DNA of 64,000 nt. Origin: an uncultured Gemmatimonadales bacterium (GTDB lineage Bacteria > Gemmatimonadota > Gemmatimonadetes > Gemmatimonadales > GWC2-71-9). The stretch spans positions 3,224,884 to 3,288,883 of the forward strand of contig CAVWRM010000001.1 in assembly GCA_963757525.1 (NCBI GenBank), written 5' to 3'. Positions 29,602-39,202 of this stretch are shown in pieces; the stretch's first letter is position 1; every line of letters begins with the position of its first letter. Below the pieces are notes generated by a model. It was not told the DNA's origin and made no database searches. It saw only the letters and a list, made by a program, of their open reading frames with translations. A program made the translations under genes and the position numbers.

Positions 29602-31134
29602 GTGATGGTTGCCGCGGGCATCCTCGCCAGCCGCATCCTCGGCCTGGTCAGAAATCGGGTCTTCGCCCATTTCTTCGGGACGTCCGACGCCGCGGACGCC
29701 TTCAACGCCGCCTTCCGGATTCCCAATTTTCTGCAGAACCTCTTTGGCGAAGGGGTGCTCTCCGCATCGTTCATTCCCGTCTATGCCGGGCTCCGCGCCC
29801 GGGGCGATGACGCGGAGGCCAGACGAGTCGCCGGCGCCGTCGCCGCCCTGCTGGCGCTCGTCACGTCGGTGCTGGTCCTGCTCGGAGTCCTGCTCACGCC
29901 GTGGCTCATCTCGATCATCGCCCCAGGATTCCATGGGGAGAAACGGCTGGAAACGGTCCGTCTCGTACGGATCCTCTTTCCCGGAGCGGGGCTGCTGGCA
30001 ATGTCGGCCTGGTGCCTCGGCGTACTCAACAGTCACCGGAAGTTCCTGCTCTCCTACTCGGCCCCGGTCATCTGGAATCTCGCCATCATCGTCGCCCTGG
30101 TTTGGCTCGGTCCCGGGCAGGCGCAGTATCCCCTCGCCGAGATCGCGGCCTGGGGCGCGGTGGTGGGAAGCTTTCTCCAGTTCGTCGTGCAGTACCCGAC
30201 CGTCTACCGGATCCTGGAGGGGACCTGGCCACGGCTGGTGCGGGGGTCGGCGGCCGTGGCCACCGTGATCAGGAACTTCTTCCCGGTATTCGTCGGCCGG
30301 GGCGTGGTCCAGATCAGTGCCTATGTGGACACCGTGCTCGCGAGCCTGCTGCCCACCGGCGCGGTCGCCGGTCTCTCCTACGCCCAGGTGATCTACACGC
30401 TTCCGGTGAGCCTTTTCGGCATGTCCGTCTCTGCGGCCGAGCTTCCGGAGATGGCGAGCGCGACGGGCAGCGAGGCCGAGCGCGCGACGTATCTCCGGGG
30501 CCGGCTCGACGCCGGGCTGCGCCAGATCGCCTTCATGGTCGTGCCGTCGGGCGTGGCCTTCATCGCGCTGGGCGACATCGTCATCGGGGCCTTGTATCAG
30601 TCCGGCGAGTTCACTCCGGCCATGACGCTGTACGTCTGGGGCATCCTGGCCGGGTCGGCGGTCGGCCTGCTCGCGTCGACGCTGGGACGCCTGTACGCCT
30701 CGACGTTCTGGGCACTCCACGACACCAGGACTCCGCTGCGCACCGCTACGATCCGGGTCGGCCTCACCATCGGACTGGGCTATCTCTTCGCCCTGCCGCT
30801 CCCCCGTGCGCTGGGCATCGAGCCCCGTTGGGGCGCGGCCGGCCTCACCGCCTCCGCCGGAATCGCGGGCTGGGTGGAGTTCCTGCTTCTCCGACACCGG
30901 CTCACCCCGCGGATCGGGCGAACCGGCCTCCCGCTGGGGCTCTCGGCCCGCCTCTGGGGAAGCGCCGTGCTGGCGGCGGCGGCCGCGCTCGGGCTGCGCC
31001 GGCTGCTTCCGGTGCAGCACCCGATCGTCCTGGCGATATTTCTCCTCGGGACATACGGCGCGGCGTATCTCGCGCTGACCGCCGGCCTCGGGGTGGCCGA
31101 GGCCAGAGGGCTCCTCCGACGACTGAGGCGATGA
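29602..31134 (+). CDS. murJ: Lipid II flippase MurJ (MviN)
   Basis: 'SRILGLVRNRVFAHFFG', 'DAFNAAFRIPNFLQNLFGEG.LSASFIPV', about 14 hydrophobic segments. Confidence 0.88.
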   Translation: MMVAAGILASRILGLVRNRVFAHFFGTSDAADAFNAAFRIPNFLQNLFGEGVLSASFIPVYAGLRARGDDAEARRVAGAVAALLALVTSVLVLLGVLLTPWLISIIAPGFHGEKRLETVRLVRILFPGAGLLAMSAWCLGVLNSHRKFLLSYSAPVIWNLAIIVALVWLGPGQAQYPLAEIAAWGAVVGSFLQFVVQYPTVYRILEGTWPRLVRGSAAVATVIRNFFPVFVGRGVVQISAYVDTVLASLLPTGAVAGLSYAQVIYTLPVSLFGMSVSAAELPEMASATGSEAERATYLRGRLDAGLRQIAFMVVPSGVAFIALGDIVIGALYQSGEFTPAMTLYVWGILAGSAVGLLASTLGRLYASTFWALHDTRTPLRTATIRVGLTIGLGYLFALPLPRALGIEPRWGAAGLTASAGIAGWVEFLLLRHRLTPRIGRTGLPLGLSARLWGSAVLAAAAALGLRRLLPVQHPIVLAIFLLGTYGAAYLALTAGLGVAEARGLLRRLRR

Positions 31135-32951
31135 CGGGTCCAGCGATTTCCGACGCACTGCAGCGCAAGCTCGATACACTCCCTGAGGGTCCCGGCGTCT
31201 ATCTCTGGAAGGACGCGAACGGGGACGTGCTCTACGTGGGCAAGGCCAAGCGCCTCAAGAGCCGGGTCCGCAGCTATTTCGCCGGCGATGTGGACCCGAG
31301 CCCCATGCACCGCGCTCTCCAGCGGGTGATCGCCGATGTCGAGACGATCGTGGTGTCGTCCGAGCCCCAGTCCCTGATTCTCGAGAACAATCTCATCAAG
31401 GAGTACCGTCCCCGGTTCAACATCCGGCTCAAGGACGACAAGAGCTATCCCTCCATCGCGGTCACCCTCGTCGATCCGTTCCCTCGCGTCATCGTCACCC
31501 GCAAACGCGACATTCCCGGGGCGCGCTACTTCGGTCCCTATACCGACGTTGCCCAGCTCCGGCGGACGCTGGCGATCATCCGCCGGCTGTACACGGTTCG
31601 CAGCTGTGCCGACGACTTGCCGCGCGAGACCCGGGAGCGTCCATGCCTCGATTACCATATCGGCCGTTGTCTCGCGCCCTGCGTGGGGTGGCAGTCGGAA
31701 GAGGACTACGGGCGCATGGTCCGGGACGTCCTCGACTTCCTCGAGGGGCGGACCCAGGACGTGCGCGTCAAGGTGAGGGAGGCCATGCTCGCGGCCAGTG
31801 CCCACCAGGACTTCGAGCGAGCCCAGGAGCACCGGGACGCATTGCGCTGGCTCGACCGTCTCGACCAGCCGCTGGCTGTCGAGGTGATGGGGACGGGAGA
31901 TGCCGATGTGGTCGGCTACGCGCGGGACGGCAACGATGCGGTAGGCGCCCTGTTCAGGGTTCGCGAAGGCCGGATCGTCGGCCGGGAGCACCGGTTCCTG
32001 GAAGGGGTCGAGGAGGAGGAGGACGCGGCAGTGCTCGAGGCCTTCCTCGTACGTTATTACGTGCCGGCCGAGGCGCGAGTGAAACGTCTGGTCATCCCCT
32101 TTCCACCGGCGGAATGGGACACCCTGCGGGAGCTCTTGCCGCAGACCGACTGGATCATCCCCCAACGCGGCACGGCAGCCCGCTGGCTCGAACTGGCCGA
32201 TCATAACGCCAGGCATCTCCTCGAGAGCCTGCGCATCGAGTCGTTCGAGACCGAGGAGCGCGCGGAGGATCCGGTGTACGCGTTGGGTCGCGACCTCGGC
32301 CTCAATGCCGTGCCCCGCAGCTTCATCTGCGTCGACATCTCGCACAACCAGGGGCGGGACACCGTCGGGTCGCTCGTCTGGTTCGAGGCGGGTCGGCCGC
32401 GGAAGAGCGAGTACCGCAAATTCAAGATTCAGGGCCCGGGCCAGCAGGACGACTTCGCCGCCATCGACGAGGTGATCACCCGATATCTCACCCGCAGGCG
32501 CGACGAAGGGCTGGCGCTGCCCGATCTGGTCGTGATCGACGGCGGCAAGGGCCAGCTCAGCGCCGCGCTCACCGCCGCGGAGCGGCTCGGGTATGGCCAC
32601 CTGCCGATGGTGAGTCTGGCGAAGCGGGAAGAAGAGGTCTTTCTCCCTGGGAGGTCGGAGAGCCTTCGCCTGTCGCGACGGAGTCCGTCACTTCGATTGC
32701 TGCAACGGGCCCGCGACGAGGCGCACCGGTTCGGCGTCGCGTACAACCGAAAGCGGCGCACCACGCGCACGATTACCTCCGAGCTGCTCAACATTCCCGG
32801 CGTCGGTCCCAACCGGCGGCGCCTCCTGCTCGAGCGGTTCGGCAGCCTCGCGGGGGTCCGCTCGGCGTCGGTATCGGAGCTGGCGACCGTGCCCGGGTTC
32901 TCGACCAGGCTGGCCGAACGGATTCTGATCCATCTTCAGGAACGAACCTAG
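31131..32951 (+). CDS. uvrC: Excinuclease ABC subunit C
   Basis: GIY-YIG 'GVYLWKD..GDVLYVGKAKRLKSRVRSYF', UVR 'FERAQEHRDALRWL', C-terminal (HhH)2 'LNIPGVGPNRRRLLLERFGS'. ATGA overlap with murJ. Confidence 0.92.
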   Translation: MTGPAISDALQRKLDTLPEGPGVYLWKDANGDVLYVGKAKRLKSRVRSYFAGDVDPSPMHRALQRVIADVETIVVSSEPQSLILENNLIKEYRPRFNIRLKDDKSYPSIAVTLVDPFPRVIVTRKRDIPGARYFGPYTDVAQLRRTLAIIRRLYTVRSCADDLPRETRERPCLDYHIGRCLAPCVGWQSEEDYGRMVRDVLDFLEGRTQDVRVKVREAMLAASAHQDFERAQEHRDALRWLDRLDQPLAVEVMGTGDADVVGYARDGNDAVGALFRVREGRIVGREHRFLEGVEEEEDAAVLEAFLVRYYVPAEARVKRLVIPFPPAEWDTLRELLPQTDWIIPQRGTAARWLELADHNARHLLESLRIESFETEERAEDPVYALGRDLGLNAVPRSFICVDISHNQGRDTVGSLVWFEAGRPRKSEYRKFKIQGPGQQDDFAAIDEVITRYLTRRRDEGLALPDLVVIDGGKGQLSAALTAAERLGYGHLPMVSLAKREEEVFLPGRSESLRLSRRSPSLRLLQRARDEAHRFGVAYNRKRRTTRTITSELLNIPGVGPNRRRLLLERFGSLAGVRSASVSELATVPGFSTRLAERILIHLQERT

Positions 32952-32954
32952 CCC

Positions 32955-33854
32955 GTGCCCGAGCTACCCGATGTCGTGGTCTACCTCGAGGCGCTCGCGC
33001 CCCGGGTGCAGGGACAACCGCTCGACGCGATCCGGGTGCAGAGTCCGTTCGTCACGCGGACGGTCGATCCCCCCATTGCCACGGCAGTCGGCCGGCGCGT
33101 GGTCGAGCTTCGGCGGATCGGCAAGCGGCTCGTTCTCGGTCTCGAGGGGGAGCTGTACCTGATCATCCATCTCATGATTGCGGGACGCCTCCGCTGGCGG
33201 CCCCGCGGCGCCAAGCCGCCGGGACGGGCCGGGCTCGCTGCCTTCGACTTCCCGACCGGCACACTGCTGCTCACCGAGGCTGGAAGCAAGCGGCGCGCCT
33301 CGATTCATCTGGTACAGGGCAAGGCGGCTCTGGCGGATGTGAACCGTGGCGGGCTCGAGCCGCTCGAAATCGATGCGGCGGCGTTCGGCCGGCGGCTCCG
33401 GAGCGAGAACCACACGCTCAAGCGCGCGCTCACCGATCCCAGATTGTTCAGCGGGATCGGCAATGCCTACTCTGACGAGATCCTGCATCGCGCGCGCCTC
33501 TCGCCGTTGCAGCTCACCTCGAGGCTGAACGCGCCCGAAGTTGCCCGGTTGTACCAGGCGGTGAAGGATGTTTTGACCGAGTGGACCGAGCGATTGCGCC
33601 GGGAGACGGGAGAGGGCTTTCCCGAAAAAGTCACCGCCTTCCGGGAGGGGATGGCGGTACACGGCCGCTATCGCGAGCCGTGTCCGGTGTGCGGGACCCC
33701 GGTGCAGCGGATCCGCTATGCGGACAACGAAACCAACTACTGTCCGACTTGTCAGACCGAGGGGAGACTCCTGGCCGACCGAGGCCTGTCACGGCTGTTG
33801 CGGGAGGACTGGCCCCGGAATCTCGACGAGATGGAGGAACGACTGGCCCGATGA
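32955..33854 (+). CDS. Fpg/Nei-family DNA glycosylase/AP lyase
   Basis: N-terminal 'PELPDV', H2TH 'LTDPRLFSGIGNAYSDEILHRA', zinc finger 'CPVCGTPV....YCPTCQ'. Confidence 0.85.
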   Translation: MPELPDVVVYLEALAPRVQGQPLDAIRVQSPFVTRTVDPPIATAVGRRVVELRRIGKRLVLGLEGELYLIIHLMIAGRLRWRPRGAKPPGRAGLAAFDFPTGTLLLTEAGSKRRASIHLVQGKAALADVNRGGLEPLEIDAAAFGRRLRSENHTLKRALTDPRLFSGIGNAYSDEILHRARLSPLQLTSRLNAPEVARLYQAVKDVLTEWTERLRRETGEGFPEKVTAFREGMAVHGRYREPCPVCGTPVQRIRYADNETNYCPTCQTEGRLLADRGLSRLLREDWPRNLDEMEERLAR

Positions 33855-35014
33855 CCGTCACCTCGGTACTCGACTGGAAGCTTCACTGCTCCGGCTGCGG
33901 GACGGTGGCCGACCCGGATGGGCTCCCCACGGTGTGCGAGGCGTGCGGGCAGCCGTGGCTGGTCCGCTATCCGGGCCGAGTGCTCACGCTCACGGACAGG
34001 GCCGAGACTCATCGCGGTCACGGCATGTGGCGTTTCCGGCGGTTCCTGCCGCTCGCGCCCGGCGAAGAGCCGGTTACGCTGGGCGAGGGTGACACGCCGC
34101 TGCTCCGGGCCGGCCGTACGGGCAACGAGATCGGACTCGCGGATCTGTGGATCAAGGACGAGGGGACCAATCCGACGGGCTCCTTCAAATCCCGCGGGAT
34201 GGCGATGGCGGTCACCCGAGCGACACTGGCCGGCGCGGAGTCGCTCGTGGTTCCCACCGCCGGCAACGCCGGTGTCGCACTGGCTGCCTACGCCGCGAGG
34301 GCGGGGAAGCACGCGAAGATCTTCGCCCCCGACACCACGCCCAACACCATCCTGTCCCAGATTCGCTGGTTCGGCGGTGACCTGTCGCTTCTCGACGGTC
34401 ACATCGGCGATTGCGGAAGGGCGGCGCTCGAGTACGCCCGCGACACCGGCGCGTTTCCCATGTCGACGCTGCGAGAGCCGTATCGCATCGAGGGGAAGAA
34501 AACCCTGGGCCTCGAGCTCGCACGGCAGCTCGGATGGAAGCTGCCCGACGTCGTGATCTATCCCGCGGGCGGAGGCACCGGCCTCATCGGCATGTGGCTC
34601 GCCTTCGCGGTGCTGCTCCGGATCGGATGGGCGTCGGGCACCCCGCCGCGTCTCTTTGCCGTCCAGTCCTCGGGATGTGCGCCCGTGGTGCGTGCCGTGG
34701 CCGAAGGGGGGGAGCGATGCGAGCCCTGGGCCGACGCCTGGACCGTGGCCAGCGGGCTACGGGTGCCTGCGCCGCTCGGCGGCACCTTGATGCTCCGCGC
34801 TATCCGCGATACCGGCGGGGGCGCAGTAGCGGTGCCCGATGACGATCTGGTCGAACGGGCCCGGGCGGTCTCGGCCTGGGAGGGAGTGGACATGTCGCCC
34901 GAGGGAGGGGCGACCGTGGCGGCCGCGGCGGCCCTGCGCGAATCGGGGGCCATTCGCGAGGCCGAGCGGGTGGTCCTGTTCAACACCGGCGCGGGATGGC
35001 TGTACCGAGGGTGA
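33851..35014 (+). CDS. thrC: Threonine synthase
   Basis: N-terminal Cys4 ribbon 'CSGCG...CEACG', PLP lysine 'NPTGSFKSRGM', 'PTAGNAGVA', 'GGGTGLIG'. ATGA overlap with the upstream gene. Confidence 0.85.
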   Translation: MTVTSVLDWKLHCSGCGTVADPDGLPTVCEACGQPWLVRYPGRVLTLTDRAETHRGHGMWRFRRFLPLAPGEEPVTLGEGDTPLLRAGRTGNEIGLADLWIKDEGTNPTGSFKSRGMAMAVTRATLAGAESLVVPTAGNAGVALAAYAARAGKHAKIFAPDTTPNTILSQIRWFGGDLSLLDGHIGDCGRAALEYARDTGAFPMSTLREPYRIEGKKTLGLELARQLGWKLPDVVIYPAGGGTGLIGMWLAFAVLLRIGWASGTPPRLFAVQSSGCAPVVRAVAEGGERCEPWADAWTVASGLRVPAPLGGTLMLRAIRDTGGGAVAVPDDDLVERARAVSAWEGVDMSPEGGATVAAAAALRESGAIREAERVVLFNTGAGWLYRG

Positions 35015-35054
35015 GATTGCCTTGCACGGCGAACCCGGCGATATTCTTAAGTCT

Positions 35055-36359
35055 ATGTCGGAAAGCCGCTTTGCCATTCTGGACCCGGCCGCGGGGATCA
35101 GCGGCGACATGGTACTCGGCGCTCTGGTCTCGGCGGGCGCGGAGCGAGGGTGGCTGCGCGGCATTCCAGCTAGACTCGGCCTGCCGGACGTCACGGTAGA
35201 CGTCGAGCGGGTCGATCGGGGCGGGGTAAGCTGTCTCAAGGTCAACGTCCGACTTCCGGGCGGCAGGATGGAGCACCCTACCGAGCCCCACGCCCACCCG
35301 CACCATCATCCCCATCAGCAGCCCGATCCCTCCCCGGCCGATCACGACGGGTCGCACCGGCACGTCGGCGAGCTGCTCGACGTGATCGACCGGGCGCCGC
35401 TCTCGCCCTGGGTGCGCGAGCGGGCATCGCGCGCCTTTCGTCTCCTCGGAGAAGCGGAAGGCAGAGTGCACGGCGTGGCGCCCGAGCGTGTGGCGCTGCA
35501 CGAGGTCGGCGCCGCGGACGCGCTGGTGGATATCGTCGGTGCGGTAGAGGGGTTCGAACGGCTCGGTATCAGCAGGGTCTACAACCGGCCCGTCGCCATC
35601 GGGAGCGGGTGGGTACGGTCGGCGCACGGTATCATTCCGGTCCCCGCGCCGGCCACGGCCATTCTGCTCGAGGGCATCGACGTCGAGTCCAGCGGCCCGG
35701 CGACCGGAGAAGCGACCACCCCGACAGGCGCGGTGCTGCTGCGGGTGCTCTCGTCGGGCGCGCCTCCTCGGCGCTGGCGCCCGGTCCAGGCCGGCGCGTG
35801 GGGAGCCGGAGGGCGGAACCCCTCGGGGTATGCCAACGCGCTGCGCCTCGTGATCGCGGAGCCCGCGGCCGAGGCCGGCGAGGTGGTGCTCCTGTCCACC
35901 GATCTCGACGACCTGAGCCCGGAGTATATCGACCCGCTCCGCGAAGCCCTGTTCACGGCCGGGGCGCTGGATGTCCAGGTCTGGGCCACCCAGTCCAAGA
36001 AGGGACGCACCGGTTTCCGTTTGGAGACAACGGTGTCTCCCGGAGTGGCCGATGCCGTCGCGGATGCGCTCTTCCGACACAGCACCACCGCGGGGATTCG
36101 CCGCCAGTCGGCCGAGCGGATAACGCTCGCGCGGCGGGAGCTGCAGGTTGATGCAGGCGACGGAACACAGGTGCGGGTCAAGGTGCTCGACGCACCTGAT
36201 GGCCCTCGCGTCAAGCCGGAATACGATGACGTAGCGGCAGTGGCCCGCCGGACCGGCCGGCCCGCCCATGAGGTGGCAAGGGACTTGCATGAGCGGGCAC
36301 TCCGCCAGGTCAGTCCGGACGGAGCCGCCCGACCTCTGACCCCGAACAAGGAGTCGTGA
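35055..36359 (+). CDS. larC: LarC-family nickel insertion protein (DUF111)
   Basis: 'LDPAAGISGDMVLGALVSAG', His-rich 'HPTEPHAHPHHHPHQQ', 'ALHEVGAADALVDIVG', 'TPTGAVLL'. ATG 35055 chosen within ORF 34839. Confidence 0.8.
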   Translation: MSESRFAILDPAAGISGDMVLGALVSAGAERGWLRGIPARLGLPDVTVDVERVDRGGVSCLKVNVRLPGGRMEHPTEPHAHPHHHPHQQPDPSPADHDGSHRHVGELLDVIDRAPLSPWVRERASRAFRLLGEAEGRVHGVAPERVALHEVGAADALVDIVGAVEGFERLGISRVYNRPVAIGSGWVRSAHGIIPVPAPATAILLEGIDVESSGPATGEATTPTGAVLLRVLSSGAPPRRWRPVQAGAWGAGGRNPSGYANALRLVIAEPAAEAGEVVLLSTDLDDLSPEYIDPLREALFTAGALDVQVWATQSKKGRTGFRLETTVSPGVADAVADALFRHSTTAGIRRQSAERITLARRELQVDAGDGTQVRVKVLDAPDGPRVKPEYDDVAAVARRTGRPAHEVARDLHERALRQVSPDGAARPLTPNKES

Positions 36360-36362
36360 CGA

Positions 36363-37811
36363 GTGAACGCCAAGATCGCGTCGGCCATTCTCGTGCTCGT
36401 GACGGTGGTAGCGAAGGCCGCCCCGGCACAGCAGCGCGTGATCGATGACCGCATCGCCAAGAGCATGCCCACGAGCTATCGGGGTGCCGACTGCGGCATC
36501 AAGCCGGGCCATTTCAAGGTGAGCAGCGGCGCGAGCTACTTGAAGTCGGCCATCGAGACCGACGTGCCCGAGAACCGAACCCGCATTCTGGGTCAGGGAC
36601 AGAAGGTCCTGACGGAGGCCATTCAGGACAACGGGCAGGAGAAGAATCCAGCCGCCTGGTACTACCTGGGCCGGATCTACCTGCACCAGGGCGACCTTTA
36701 CGGCGCTGATTCGGCGCTCAAGCGGTCGGCGGCGCTGGCCCCCAACTGCGCGCAGGAGATCGACAATTACCGCCGCAATGCCTGGGTGGGGCTGGTCAAG
36801 GCCGGCAGCAAGTTCGAAGAGGAAAAGAATGCCGACTCGGCGCTCGCGCTGTACCGGGAGGCCGGGGCCATTTATCAGGGCTCGCCGGTGACGTACTACC
36901 AGATCGCTTCGATCCTGAACGACAAGGGTGAGGCCGACAGCGCCGCGATGTATTTCGGTCGCGCCGCCGACGCGGGCGCCAACGCCAAGGACACCATCGA
37001 GATCAAGATTCGCGATCGCTCGGCGTTCAATCAGGCCGCGCTACTGCTCAACAAGCAGGACTACGCGGGCGCGGCGGCGGCGTTCGAGAGGTACCTCAAG
37101 TGGCAGCCCAACGACAACGAAGCCAAGCGTGGTCTCGCCTCGGCCTACCGCGCTCAGGGGCAGAACGACAAGGCCCAGGCGCTGGAGAAGGACCTGGTTG
37201 CCTCCGGTGGGACGCCCGGGGGAGCCGGCGGCGGCGCGGGTGCGGGAACGCAGGACCTCATGGGCGCGGGCGTCAATCTCTACAACGACAAGAAGTACGC
37301 GGAGGCCGCCGCGGCCTTCGAGAAGGCGGTCGCCGCGGAGCCGTACAATCGCGACGCCCTGTCCAATCTGAGCAATACGTATCTGGCCCTCAAGAACGGA
37401 CCCAAGCTGCTCGCGACAGCCTCCAAGCTGGTCGCGATCGAGCCGATGAGCGAGACCGCGCTCAAGCTTCAGGGCGAGGGTTATAAGCAGAGCGGAAAAG
37501 TGAACGACGCGGTCAAGACCGCGGAGCAGGTCCTGGCGTTGCCGGTCGACGTCAAGGTCGCGGACTTCACGACCAAGCCCCAGGGGGCGGATCTCGCGGC
37601 CACGGCCACCGGCCGCGACGCGCAGACTCCCTCGGGCAAGGCGATCGCACCGGCGCCGGTCTCGCTGGTATTCGAGTTCCTCGATGCGGGCGGTGGTGTA
37701 GTCGCCACACAGGAAGCCCAGGTGCCCGCCCTCAAGGCGGGAGCCTCGCAGGATCTCAAGGTCACGGCGCAAGGCGCCGGCATCACAGCCTGGCGCTACA
37801 AGCGCAAGTAA
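36363..37811 (+). CDS. Secreted TPR-repeat protein
   Basis: Signal peptide 'AILVLVTVVAKAAPAQQ'. Multiple A/Y/L-rich 34-aa-type repeats ('AWYYLGRIYLHQGDLYGA', 'YYQIASILNDKGEADSA', 'ALSNLSNTYLALKN'). Confidence 0.75.
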   Translation: MNAKIASAILVLVTVVAKAAPAQQRVIDDRIAKSMPTSYRGADCGIKPGHFKVSSGASYLKSAIETDVPENRTRILGQGQKVLTEAIQDNGQEKNPAAWYYLGRIYLHQGDLYGADSALKRSAALAPNCAQEIDNYRRNAWVGLVKAGSKFEEEKNADSALALYREAGAIYQGSPVTYYQIASILNDKGEADSAAMYFGRAADAGANAKDTIEIKIRDRSAFNQAALLLNKQDYAGAAAAFERYLKWQPNDNEAKRGLASAYRAQGQNDKAQALEKDLVASGGTPGGAGGGAGAGTQDLMGAGVNLYNDKKYAEAAAAFEKAVAAEPYNRDALSNLSNTYLALKNGPKLLATASKLVAIEPMSETALKLQGEGYKQSGKVNDAVKTAEQVLALPVDVKVADFTTKPQGADLAATATGRDAQTPSGKAIAPAPVSLVFEFLDAGGGVVATQEAQVPALKAGASQDLKVTAQGAGITAWRYKRK

Positions 37812-37825
37812 CGCGGGAGACGGCT

Positions 37826-38764
37826 ATGGCAGCCCCGGCACGCCGGCAACCCGAACACCCGGAACGCGGCCTCACCACCACACGCGCGCCCTTCATCGAG
37901 CAGGCGCAGCGGGAAGGCCGGCTGTATATCCACCAGCCGTACGAGCTGTACTCCGAGGCCAACCACGAGGCCTGGCGGCGGCTGTTCACCCGGATGGAAG
38001 ACCGGTGGCGCCGCTACGCCAACGCGCGCTTCCTGCAGGGCATCGACAATCTCTGTCTCGACCCCGACCGGGTGCCGAAGCTGGAGGACGTCAACCGATT
38101 TCTGAGCCCGCTGACCGGATTCCAGGCCAAGCCGGTCAGCGGGTACGTCCCCTCGTTCATCTTCTTCGATTGTCTCCGCAACCGGGCCTTTCCGACGACG
38201 ATCACCATCCGCGACGGCGCGACGCTCGACTATCTGCCCGAGCCCGACATCTTCCACGACATCGCCGGCCACGTGCCGATGCACACCGATCGGGCCTTCG
38301 CCGATACGCTGGTCCGTTTCGGCGATTGCGCCCACACGGCGGCGGAGATCGTGAGCGGCATCAAGGACGAAGGGGAGCGGATTCGCCGGGTCACAAGCAT
38401 CTTCAAGGCGCTGGCCCGGTTCTTCTGGTTCACCATCGAGTTCGGGCTGATGCGGGACTCGGACGGGCTCAAGGTCTACGGCAGCGGCCTGCTCAGCTCG
38501 TATGGCGAGATCGCGAACGCCATCGACTCCCCCCAGGTGCAGCGGTACCCGCTCCAGCTCGAGTGGGTCATCAACCAGTACTTCGAGATCGATCACTACC
38601 AACCGTTACTCTTCATCGTGGACGGCTTCGACCACTTGTTCGAGCTGGTCGGCCGGCTTGAGCAGTGGATGCGGGAGGGCAAGCTGGACAACGTCTCACC
38701 GGGAGAGCCGGCGGTCAGCGAGCCGGACCTGCGGAGCTTTCTGGAGGCCGCGGGGAGTCGGTAG
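37826..38764 (+). CDS. phhA: Phenylalanine-4-hydroxylase (aromatic amino acid hydroxylase family)
   Basis: 'PEPDIFHDIAGHVPMH', 'FWFTIEFGL', 'YGSGLLSSYGE'. GGGAGA RBS upstream of the ATG. Confidence 0.85.
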   Translation: MAAPARRQPEHPERGLTTTRAPFIEQAQREGRLYIHQPYELYSEANHEAWRRLFTRMEDRWRRYANARFLQGIDNLCLDPDRVPKLEDVNRFLSPLTGFQAKPVSGYVPSFIFFDCLRNRAFPTTITIRDGATLDYLPEPDIFHDIAGHVPMHTDRAFADTLVRFGDCAHTAAEIVSGIKDEGERIRRVTSIFKALARFFWFTIEFGLMRDSDGLKVYGSGLLSSYGEIANAIDSPQVQRYPLQLEWVINQYFEIDHYQPLLFIVDGFDHLFELVGRLEQWMREGKLDNVSPGEPAVSEPDLRSFLEAAGSR

Positions 38765-38774
38765 GAGAACGAGC

Positions 38775-39041
38775 ATGTCCTCGTCAATTCGTGAGGCCCG
38801 AGTTCTTCCCGAGCACGCCCATTTATACCCCGACCTCGACCCTGCCGAATGGGTCCCGGCGTGTACGCTGGCCGAGTATGTGCTCGAGCGGGGCCTGTAC
38901 CAGCGGAGAACGAGAGTGCGTGTCCATCCCCGTCTGCTCGATGAGTCTCACTTCGCGTTCCGGGGAGGCGATCCCAGGGACGACGGGTGGACCGGCCGGA
39001 CGCAACGCCTGACCGACACGGGCACGTTTGAGGCGCCCTAG
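38775..39041 (+). CDS. Hypothetical protein
   Basis: The ATG is preceded by GGAG at 38764. 88 codons with moderate GC3. No recognisable motif, and not PhhB-like. Confidence 0.4.
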   Translation: MSSSIREARVLPEHAHLYPDLDPAEWVPACTLAEYVLERGLYQRRTRVRVHPRLLDESHFAFRGGDPRDDGWTGRTQRLTDTGTFEAP

Positions 39042-39119
39042 GGTGGTGGGCCATCACCTTGATGTCGCGGAGATGAGGCGTCATCTTTCCCCGCGGACAG
39101 CCTGAACGCCACGGCACAC

Positions 39120-39191
<72 letters not shown>

Positions 39192-39202
39192 CTGCTGACC
39201 TC

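Noticed and set aside
29227-32600. Two long minus-strand ORFs (29227..31179 and 30780..32600)
   Set aside because: They are antisense to murJ and uvrC. They are highly charged and Arg-rich with no motifs, whereas the plus-strand genes are strongly supported.
38775-39041. Calling the ORF after phhA as phhB (pterin-4a-carbinolamine dehydratase)
   Set aside because: It lacks the His-His-Pro type PCD core motif, and the overall sequence has no resemblance to PCD. It stays as hypothetical.
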